DNA of 64,000 nt. It comes from Selaginella moellendorffii (Eukaryota; Plantae; Lycopodiophyta). Positions 21,336 to 31,621 of the stretch are shown one piece after another; positions within the stretch are counted from its first letter, which is position 1; each line of letters opens with the position of its first letter. A model generated the notes under the pieces. The model searched no databases. It was not told the DNA's origin and saw only the letters and a program-made list of their open reading frames with translations. A program made the position numbers and the translations under genes. Location: NCBI RefSeq assembly GCF_000143415.4, contig NW_003314289.1, positions 628,292 to 692,291 on the forward strand. Reading direction: 5' to 3'.

Positions 21336-23016
21336 TTTGAGACACAAAATCCCTGGGCCCCAAAGTGGAGTCGGAAGGGTGCCACGTGGTAGCGGTCGAA
21401 GCGAAAGCCAAACGAGCGTAACACGTTTGGACTAAAAGCTCCGACTTGAAAGGTCGAGAGTGGGAGTGGAACTCCCAACAAAGTGCTCGAGGAACAAGCA
21501 CGAAGCGAGCAATAAGCGAGGCTCCAAAAAGGGACCCAAAAGGACCAACACATGACACGTGGAAGTGTCCGAGATGGACCAAGACGGAGTCTGAGATGGA
21601 GTCCGAAGTGGAGTCCGAGATGGAGTCCGCGGTGGAGTCTGAGATGGAGTCCGAGATGGACCGAGACGGAGTCCGAGATGGAGTCCGAGATGGACCGAGA
21701 CGGAGTCCGAGATGGAGTCCGAGATGGACCGAGACGGAGTCCGAGATGGAGTCCGAGATGGACCCGAGATGGAATCCAAGATGGAGTCCGAGAAGGACCC
21801 GAGATAGAGTCCGAGGTCGAGACCGAGACCGGGACCGAGACCGAGTCCGAGACCGGGACCGAGACCGAGACCGAGGCGGAGGTCGAGACCGAGCCCGAGT
21901 CCAAGTCCGAGTCCGAGTCCGAGACCGAGACCGGGACCGAGACCGAGACCGAGGTGGAGGTCGAGACCGAGCCCGAGTCCAAGTCCGAGTCCGAGTCCGA
22001 GTTTGAGTTTGAGTCTGAGAGGGTGAAAGCCCAAAGCGTTTATCTCCCAGACCCTGGGGGGTTTGGTGAGCTCCAAAAGTATAGTAAGGGGGAGGACTGC
22101 AGTGGAGCCAGTTTGGCCAGGAAAGGCCAGTTTGGCCCAGGAAGGCCAGACCCAGTGTTGGGTGATGAACTGACACTGGGAAGTCCAAGACTAGAGTGAA
22201 TACGGACCAACAAGTGGGGTAGTTTGGTGAAGTGTTCAAGAACCGGCTCTAGTTCCCCCGGGAGATCGACTGGCCGATGCTCCCAGTCCAAGTGTGGGTG
22301 GCACTACCTACTTGGATACCAAGCGTGGCTCAACGGAACCTTGCTCTAAGCCCATGGCTAGAGCACCTAAAGGCGGAAGGTGGGGAGAGTACCCATGGGG
22401 CTCGCGTAGGCCCACGGTGTTCCGAAATGTTGTCCCAGAGTCCCAAATGGGGGAAAGGAGGAGGAGCAATCCTCTAGTGTAGTGACTAAGGATACAGTCA
22501 CATGGTGAGGAAGTCCCAGAGGACCATGGGACTTAGTGGTCGGGCCGGTGGGCCTTGATCTAGTGGCAGTGTCGGCGAACATGGCCATGAGCAGAAAAGG
22601 GACTTGGTAGGAATTGACAAAGGGATATTGGGGAAGGCTATTCCCCATGTTTGTAGGCATCCTAAAGATGTTAAGGAGTGGATCTAGGTTGACCACTTGT
22701 GGACAGATGGCCTAGTCTTGTAGAGACGGGATTGTGATGCAAGTGGTATTGGACCACTAGTGTGGCAAAGGTGAATGGGCATGGCCTTAGCGTAACGTGC
22801 CGATATGTCAGTGGTACCTTTGGGTGTCGGTCTTGGGACCAGACACGTGGAGCACTTGGACCAAGTGCAACGATTGAGTGGCACGGATGCCATTCTTGGG
22901 GCTAGCAAGTCCCCAAGTCTGGAATAGGACTTATGGAGGTTGTGAGTGAGATTCCTCCAAGCGGTCGGAGGTGTGGTTAAGTGACTAAAGTAGAATGGAA
23001 AAATTAGTCGCTTACA
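21336..23016 (+). repeat. B2 5' LTR (1681 bp) containing (GAGTCCGAGATG)n and (GAGACC/GAGTCC)n arrays
   Basis: Direct repeat of 27136-28707. Microsatellite block at about 21570-22020. Confidence 0.93.
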
Positions 23017-25304
23017 ACTTGGTATCAGAGCTGTTCCTTAGTCCGACTTTTATTGGTGCTCAAGTATATCACCATTGACATTAGCATTGGAAGGTCCTAG
23101 AAGTGGGCCTATCCTTGAGGAGTAGCATGTTGAGAGGACATGGCTCTCCACTCAAGTTCATGCGTGAACTTGGGCGCGATGTGGTGAATTGAAAAGGGGC
23201 CAGTAAGGGAACGACTTTGGGATCTTGGGAACAGTATATTAAGGGTTTCCTCAGAAAGTTGAGGATGTGATCCAGATAAGCGTTTGACTTAGCAAACGAG
23301 CCAACGTAGTGTGGTAAGCAATTATAGTTGGGATCACGGGAAAGATGCAGACTCCAAAATAATAAAGGAGTCACAAGATTACTTTTATATGGTTGAGGCT
23401 GGTACTCATAAATTTGAGACCAGAATTGTTGACCGTGGGAGGTCAAATACAGAAGAAGACACCAGTCCTTGAAATGGTAGCCGGGGCTACCTCTAATAAA
23501 TGCTGGAACAACCCAAGGAGTTGGGGGTGTACTCAGAGATGAGTTGGTATTCTCATCACATGGACAAGTAGTCCTAAGGGGCAAAGGTTGCCCCCAGAGA
23601 ACAAAATCAAGTGTCAGAGTAACACTTGGGAAAATAGTCCTTGTGAGTAGGACATAAATGCAAGAAGTTGTATTCCAATGAGCTGGTGCCTCACAAATAG
23701 GACCTTACGGGTCCGTGGATTAGCTAAGTCCAAAACTGCTGGATGACTCAAGTAGAGTCAAAGAATGGTCCTAAAAGACTGATGGAAGCATTTGGACTGA
23801 GGTGTGTTGTACCCCACGAAGGATGGGGGGGATCATAGGATCTAAAGATGAGAACAGAGGGTATCTCATTGATGGCAGAATGTGCCATGCTAAAGTTGTG
23901 GGAAAGGTGTTCCCCAAAAAGAAAACAACTTTGGCATAGAGTTGTGTGTGCACTATGGTGCAGTGCTAACTGATAGTTGGCATGAGAAATGACTGCTTTA
24001 GACTTGGCAAAGACCTAGACACAAGTAAGAAGTGTCATAGAGGTAGGCTCGTGGAGCCAATGGTGTGGAGACACCAAATGTGCCAAGGTGTGATACCTTG
24101 AGGTTATAATGGTGGGTTCATAAGAACCCCTTGCCAAGGGAATCTTAACAGAAGTGGGAATAGCATAGCCTAAGCTGGAAGGCATGTGGTTGGAGTGTGG
24201 TGACCCAGATACTGATGGGAGGTGTGGAAGCACCAAGCAATGAGTTGTAGGACTTGACAACTATGGTGCAACTAAGCAAGAGGTGTAAAGATAATTGGTT
24301 AAATGGGTAGAAGGTAGCTACCCAAGACTTCTAAATGGCATAAAGAAGTTAGATATACCCTTATAGGGAATAAATTGCTTATGTTGCGATATAGTGAGTC
24401 AATGTTGTTAAAGGAAATGCTCATTGTTAAGGAGACCATCATTGGGACACCCAAACACTCTGGAACACCAGGAGGTGGTGTTTAGTGTTGCAAGGGCAAT
24501 AGATAAGGCCCAAGGGACTAAGTCCCTCGCGAATGATGGATGGAAGGTGCTATCCAAATGTCCAAGGTTGCAGAGATGGGAGAAGACTGTCTACCTAAAT
24601 TGGACAAAGCCAAAAATGGAATTTTGGCAAGGCTAGTGATGGGCATGTAAGGGCCCATAAGCAACAATGTTAATCCCGGTGTGTGGGATTATAAGGTGAG
24701 CATACCTGGATTGAGGAACCACTCCCTAGGCTATCGGGTAGGTTCATCCCCAAGAATACTTGCTAAGGCATGGTAGAAAGTACAAAGCTATTCTACTAGT
24801 TTGGAGGCGAATAACCGAAGGAAAGGTGTGAAGCCAAAAAGCAAGTAGTAAGGGGATAGAATAGAACTATAGGAATCGAAGGGCATAACCAAGGCTGGTT
24901 ATGCCAATTGGGAGTGGAGAATCAAGTGGGGGCTCGAGGGTGTTGTTGTTAGCAACCGTGATGCCATGGAGAGTCTAAAATATGGAGTTGTCCATGTTAG
25001 ACTATATGGCAACTAGAAAGCTTGCGTAAAGGGAGGCCTTAGCAAGCTAAGGGATAGAGTTCCTTCAAAAGTTCCTAAAGACAATTCTAGGTAGCTTAGT
25101 ACCTGGAAAGGCCAAGTGTAAATGGTTCATGGAATGCGCGAAATCAGAGTGGCGCAGTAGAAGCGTGGTCTTGAAGCTTGCCATGAGGCAAAGCTATCAA
25201 AGTTAGGGAAGTAGTTCCCGAGTATTCAAAGAAAGGGCTTTGAACGAAAGTCGATGGTCAAGGATTTCCGCGCTTATGCAGGAACCATGTTACAGTGGCC
25301 GGAG

Positions 25305-25920
25305 GACTTGCCAAGTGAGATTGGCAAGTCGGGGGAACAAATACCCTAGTTGAAGGTGATAACTTAAAAAAGGGTGGGCCATGGGGCCAAGCATGGAGGA
25401 GTCCATGCATGATCACAGACTTGTCAAGTGAAAGGACTTCGCAGTGTGGAGGAACTAGGTTCCTAAGCTGTGATCTGTAGCGCGCTTTAAGTATAAGTTG
25501 GTGCACCGGCGTGATGAGTCACGCCAGGCATCTAGGGTGATGCCGTCCGTAGATGCATATATGGAGGTTGGGTTCGAGTCCCGACCCTCTAATGCTTGGG
25601 TTCGAGTCCCAAATCGCTAGGGCGTGGTGATGGTTTGGAATATGAGAACACTCATATTTCGGTGGTCATGGACTCTCAATGAGGAGATTGGCTTGGGCAC
25701 ACCGCCAAGCGGGGGATGCCCTAGAGTCGTGATACACGGTTAGATTGCTTAGAGTGAAAGCTCGGCATATCTAACTTGAACACTTTGGTGCAAAGGGCAC
25801 CAAAGACGTGGTGAATGAGATGGGGACACCCAGTCTCAGTTGTTATGGATCCTTGGCCGGAAGGGCTGGCTTGGGTGCACCGCCAAGTATGGGGGATGCC
25901 CCCGGGGTCATAGTCAACAA
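25305..25920 (+). ncRNA. Putative structured RNA core of family B (hairpin cluster with two tRNA T-arm-like motifs)
   Basis: Hairpins GACTTGCCAA-GTGAGA-TTGGCAAGTC, GCATGGA-GGAG-TCCATGC, GGCGTGA-TGAG-TCACGCC, GGCATC..GATGCC and TCCGTA..TATGGA, plus TTGGG-TTCGAGT-CCCRA twice. Homologous stretch is present in B1 and B3. Confidence 0.45.
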
Positions 25921-27135
25921 CTTAGAAGGGTCTGGAAGACTTAGTCCCTATTGGTAGACCTATTAAGGGGTCAAGATGAGATTACTAGGTGATCTTGTGG
26001 TTAAACAAGGATAAGGTCGTTGTTTGGGTTAAGGGATATGATTCCTAGTTCAAAGTGTTGATTTGAACTACTGATAATAGTGTGGCTTGGTCAAAGTGAC
26101 CAAGTGGGAAGAGCACCTATGGGAAATGAGCTATGTCATGGCTATGGCATAATAAGTCCGAAGAAAGTAGTCTCTATAAAAGATCCAAGGGAGGGTCTCA
26201 AAAGTTGGGCTGTAGATAGAGCCCACAGCAGGAAATGCTAAAGAGATGTACTAGGGGTGAGCACCCTTTGAACTTGGCAAAGTAAAGTCTTTGCTATAGA
26301 ATCAAGAGGATACCTCGAGAATGGAGGTAATGATCCGATGTTGTTAGGTGTAACAATCAAGGATAGGAGCAAAAGACTAATGGCTAAGAAAAGAGCCATG
26401 GGAATCATGGGAAAGAAACCAAATGGCAAAGTTAAGCCGAGAACACTAATGTATTGGGTGTTAACGGATTGTGGGAAGGGAAGTGGACTTCCAAGGATAG
26501 ATTCCCAAGTGCTCCAATTTAGCAAAGTAAAAACTCCAAGTGAGGAGTGGCAAAGTAGCCAAAGGGTAGGGTCGTGGACAGCCTTAGCACAAATAATGAT
26601 AATTGGAACGTAGTGCCAATAGTGGCACAAAATAGAAAAGAGGATGATGGTGCCCTCAAGTAGAGAACTCCCTAGGATGGGGAAGTGAAGTTGCACAAAA
26701 GGTGCAAAGCAAGGTGTTAGAGACACCTAAGAAATTGACTCTAAGAAGTCAAAATTAAAAGTTCCAAAGTGCAAAGGTTATATCAATGGGAACTAAGACT
26801 ACTCGAGTATGAGTAGTGGGAATTGAGTTAGAGAAGATGTCTCTAATAGGTTTAGCAAGAACTGAACCAATAAAAGGGAGCAAACCACCCCAGGTGGTCG
26901 AATAAGTCTCCATGTTAGAAAGACTATGCTCCTTAGAGGATGGGCAAGGCGTGGTGAGCTTTTGGTGTCAAACAATTGACGAATATGGAGAAGGCATGGT
27001 GAGCCTTCAATGTCAAACCATTGACAAATATTGGCTAGGTGCCAAGGGTGGAAATAGTAACACATGTGGGTGTTACTTTATAGAATGGTTTACCGTTCGA
27101 TGAGGACATCGAACTTCGTCTATGGGTGGTGGAGT

Positions 27136-28707
27136 TGTGAGACACAAAATCCCTAGGCCCCAAAGTGGAGTCGGAAGGGTGCCACGTGGTAGCAGCCGAA
27201 GCGAAAGCCAAACGAGCGTAACACGTTTGGACTAAAAGCTCCGACTTGAAAGGTCGAGAGCGGGAGTGGAACTCCCAACAAAGTGCTCGAGGAACAAGCA
27301 CGAAGCGAGCAATAAGCGAGGCTCCAAAAAGGGACCCAAAAGGACCAACACATGACACGTGGAAGTGTCCGAGATGGAGTCCGAGATGGACCGAGACAGA
27401 GTCCGAGATGGAGTCCGCGGTGGAGTCCAAGATGGAGTCCGAGATGGAGTCCGAAGTGGAGTCCGAGATGGACCGAGACGGAGTCCGAGACGGAGTCCGA
27501 GATGGAGTCCAAGATGGACCCGAGATGGAATCCGAGATGGAGTCCGAGAAGGACCCGAGATGGAGTCCGAGGTCGAGACCGAGACCGGGACTGAGACCGA
27601 GACCGAGACCGGGACCGACACCGAGACCGAGGCGGAGGTCGAGACCGAGCCCAAGTCCGAGTCCGAGTCCAAGTCCGAGTCCGAGTCCGAGTTCAAGTTC
27701 GAGTCTGAGAGGGTGAAAGCCCAAAGCGTTCGTCTCCCAGACCCTGGGGGGTTTGGTGAGCTCCAAAAGTATAGTAAGGGGGAGGACTGCAGTGGAGCCA
27801 GTTTGGCCAGGAAAGGCCAGTTTGGCCCAGGAAGGCCAGACCCAGTGTTGAGTGATGAACTGACCACTGGGAAGTCCAAGACTAGAGTGAATACGGACCA
27901 ACAAGCGGGGTAGCTTGGTGAAGTGTTCAAGAGCCGACTCTAGTTCCCCCGGGAGATCGACTGGCCGATGCTCCCAGTCCAAGTGTGGGTGGCACTACCT
28001 ACTTGGATACCAGGCGTGGCTCAACGGAACCTCACTCTAAGCCCATGGCTAGAGCACCTAAAGGCGGAAGGTGGGGAGAGTACCCACGGGGCTCGCGTAG
28101 GCCCACGGTGTTCCGAAATGTTATCTCAGAGTCCCAAATGGGGGAAAGGAGGAGGAGCAATCCTCTAGTGTAGTGACTAAGGATACAGTCACATGGTGAG
28201 GAAGTCCCAGAGGACCATGGGACTTAGTGGTCGGGCCGGTGGGCCTTGATCTAGTGGCAGTGTCGGCGAACATGGCCATGAGCAGAAAAGGGACTTGGTA
28301 GGAATTGACAAAGGGATATTGGGGAAGGCTATTCCCCATGTTTGTAGGCATCCTAAGGATGCTAAGGAGTGGATCTAGGTTGACCACTCGTGGACGGATG
28401 GCCTAGTCTTGTAGAGATGGGATTGTGATGCAAGTGGTATTGGACCACTAGTGTGGCAAAGGTGAATGGGCATGGCCTTAGCGTAACATGCCGATATGTC
28501 AGTGGTACCTTTGGGTGTCGGTCTTAGGACCAGACATGTGGAGCACTTGGACCAAGTGCAACGATTGAGTGGCACGGATGCCATTCTTGGGGCTAGCAAG
28601 TCCCCAAGTCTGGAATAGGACTTATGGAGGTTGTGAGTGAGACTCCTCCAAGCGGTCGGAGGTGTGGTTAAGTGACTAAAGTAGAATGGAAAAATTAGTC
28701 GCTTACA
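27136..28707 (+). repeat. B2 3' LTR (1572 bp)
   Basis: TGTGAGACAC...GTCGCTTACA, with a shorter microsatellite block than the 5' LTR. Confidence 0.93.
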
Positions 28708-31156
28708 CATGCAACTTCATTTGTCACACGGAACTAAATAAAATGACTTAGTTTTAGCTCAAAACTCCATAAAAATATTGAAGTTATGCCTCAAAAGAAA
28801 GAGTAGAGCAAGGTGCATATGATACAACAAACAATAGTGAAAATGGACTTAGACGCTCAAGAAATTGGCACTCAAAGATTGTCATGGCATAGGGAAGAAA
28901 GAAACTAAAGTGTGATTGGCAAGAAATGATGGAAATGCACAAATTTAAATAATAAACAGCTTTGTTTAAGTCTTAAGACCATTCAGAAGTAAAATCTTAG
29001 AAGGATGCACAAAATGGAGAGAGTTTTCACCATGTAAATTTTCCACACCAAATTGTGTTCATGTGCTTAAAGAAAAATGCATATATGTCGCCACTCCTAA
29101 CAAATTTGCCTCCAAGAAATCACTCCCCAGATAACTCTTAGCAAGATCTAGAAGCCTATCAAACAAATTGGTACAATTTCTCCCCAAGATTTGAGCTTAG
29201 AGTGAAAAATAATATATGTAGAAAGAGGAATGAAAACCAAAAGAAAAATCACAAAAGCTTTTCCACTTTTCCACTAAATCACATGTGCTTATATTAGTTA
29301 GAAAGAGAGTTTTGAGATCTCCACACCCAAAGAGAGAACATCTTAAATAGGTCAATAATGAGGGAGAAAATCTGACTAGCAACTCGCATTATGCACCATA
29401 GTTTTGAGAAGATGAAATTTCCCTCCAACACTTAAATATCTCTCCATAGAGGTAATTTCTATTACTCCTAGCTTACCCCTCTCTAGGATTGCCACTCCAA
29501 ATCCCATGGATCTTCTCCATCAATTAAGAAATCCTCTAGAAAGAAAGAAGGCAAGTGTTATGCAAAGTTCACCATATTGAGGTGTGGCACCTCAATCCTT
29601 TTCCTTTTTGTGGCTTTGCTCACATCCTAAGCTCTCTCTCTATGCTCTAGCTCAAGACACAAAGCATAGTGTAAGCGACTAAATTTTCCATTTTATTTTA
29701 GTTAACCACACCTTTGACCACTTAAAAAAGCCTCCATAAGTCTTATTCCAAACTTGGGGCTTGCTAACCTCGAGAATGGTATCCCTGCCACTCAACCTTT
29801 GCATTTGGTCCAACATGTTTGATCCCATGACCGATACCCAAAGGTACCGTCGACATATCAGCCTATTACACTAAGGCCATGCCCATTCACCTTTGCTATA
29901 CTAGTGGTCCGACACCACTTACATCACAATCCCGTCTCTCAAAGATTGGGTCATCTATCCATGAGTGGTCATCCCAGATCCACTTCTTAGCATCTTTAGG
30001 ATCTGCAGACAATCCTGCCCCCCCCCCCGAGGGACGATCACTTTAGGCGTTCACCCAACAGCCTGTATTAGTATTTAGACTTGGTTCTCGGTCTCGCACT
30101 CGCACTCGCACTCGGTCTCGGTTGTGGTCTTAGTTGTGGTCTCGGTCTTGATCTCGATTCCATTTCAGACTCCATCTCAGTCTTGGTTTTAGTTCCATCT
30201 TGAACTCCATCTTAGACTTCATCTCGGGTTCATCTCAGACTCCATCTTGGACTCCATCTCGAGTCCATCTCAGACTCCATCTCAGGTCCATTTCAAGTCC
30301 ATCTCGGACTCCATCTCGAACTCCATCTCGGGTCCATCTTGGACTCCATCTCGGGTCTATCTCGGACTTCATCTCAAACTCCATCTCGGGTCTATCTTGG
30401 ACTCCATCTCGAACTCCATCTTAGGTCCATCTTAGACTCTATTTCGGGTCCATCTCGGACTCCATCTCAGGTCTATCTCAAAATCCATCTTAGACTCCAT
30501 CTCGGGTCTATTTTGAGTCCATCTTAGCCTCCATCTCGGGTCCTTCATTGAGAGTTCCACTCCCGCTCTCGACTTTTCGAGTCGAAGCTTTTTAGTCCAA
30601 ACGTGTTACTCTTGTTTGGCTTTCACTTCAACCACTACCACGTGGCACCCTTTCAGCTCCAGTTTTAGGGCTTTGGGATTTATGTCTCACAACTCTACCA
30701 CCCATAGATGAAGTTCGATATCCTCATCATACAATAAACCATTTTATAAAGTAACACCAACATGTATTACCCTTTCCATCCTTGGCACATAACCAATATT
30801 TGTCAATGGTTTGACACCAAAGGCTTACCATGTCTTATCCATCCTCTAAGGAGCATAGTCTCTCTAACTTAGAGACTCATTAAACCACTTATGGTGGTCT
30901 TCCTTATTTGTTTGTTTAGTTTATGCTAAATGCGTTAGAGACACCATCTCTATTTCAATTTAATTACTCATTCATGAGTAGCTTTAGCCTCTACTAGTAT
31001 AACCATCGCACTTTGGAACTTTTAATTTTGACTTCTCAAAGTCAATTTCTTAGGTGTCTCCGACACCTTGCATTGCACATGTTGTGCAAATTCAACTTCC
31101 CCATCCTAGGAAATTCTTTACTTGAGAGCACTATCATCTTCTCTTCTATTTCGTAC

Positions 31157-31621
31157 TGTCAAGAATCCCCCAATTCTTGCCACATTCCTAACTCTCGCCG
31201 TATTCCTAACCTACAGACCATATTCTTGACTCTCGAGACACTTCCCTATTCCTGACTCTCAAGACATTTCCCTATTCCTGACTCTCGAGACACTTCCCTA
31301 TTCCTGACTCTCAAGACATTTCCCTATTCCTGACTCTCGAGACACTTCCCTATTCCTGACTCTCTGATTTCCCGTACGATTCCTGAGTCTAGAGCCACAT
31401 TCCTGATGATGATGTGGCACCTCCTCGACCTCATCTATATTTAGGCCGTCCTCGATCCAAGAGTGGTGGAGCTTCATCAACTTATAGTATATATAGGTTA
31501 GCCTTGTTCCATTTCTTCACAATCTGAATTAACGTCAATCTAAGATCTTTTTTTCATTTCCACTAGCTTTTCTCTTTATCTTCTGCATTTTCCAGTCTTG
31601 ATCTTGTTAGGGGTCTTGACA
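31157..31621 (+). mobile_element. Solo LTR of chromovirus family C inserted in the B3 interior
   Basis: TGTCAAGA...TCTTGACA with internal ~27-bp tandem repeats (CTATTCCTGACTCTCGAGACACTTCC). Homologous to 53495-53881. Decayed TSD CGTAC/CATGC. Confidence 0.88.

Larger units (their letters stand above)
21336..28707 (+). mobile_element. Family B non-autonomous (LARD-like) LTR element, complete copy B2
   Basis: TSD CATGC (21331-21335 and 28708-28712). LTRs 21336-23016 and 27136-28707. PBS TGGTATCAGAGC (tRNA-iMet) at 23020-23031. PPT-like GGGTGGTGGAGT at 27124-27135. The 4.1-kb interior has no recognisable gag/pol. Confidence 0.93.

Noticed and set aside
21176-22291. Long RS/RD/SE/LG-rich ORFs in several frames (also 27035-27982, 50563-51250, 44498-44898, 30200-30527)
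   Set aside because: By-products of the stop-free GAGTCC/GAGACC microsatellite within LTRs; they are not SR proteins or other genes.
25500-25625. Bona fide tRNA gene or hammerhead ribozyme (retrozyme)
   Set aside because: No acceptor stem, D-arm or A-box that I can resolve, and no CUGAUGA...GAAA hammerhead core. Kept only as T-arm mimics.
31190-31365. CRISPR-like regularly spaced ~27-bp repeats
   Set aside because: Head-to-tail tandem repeats without unique spacers, inside an LTR of a eukaryotic genome.
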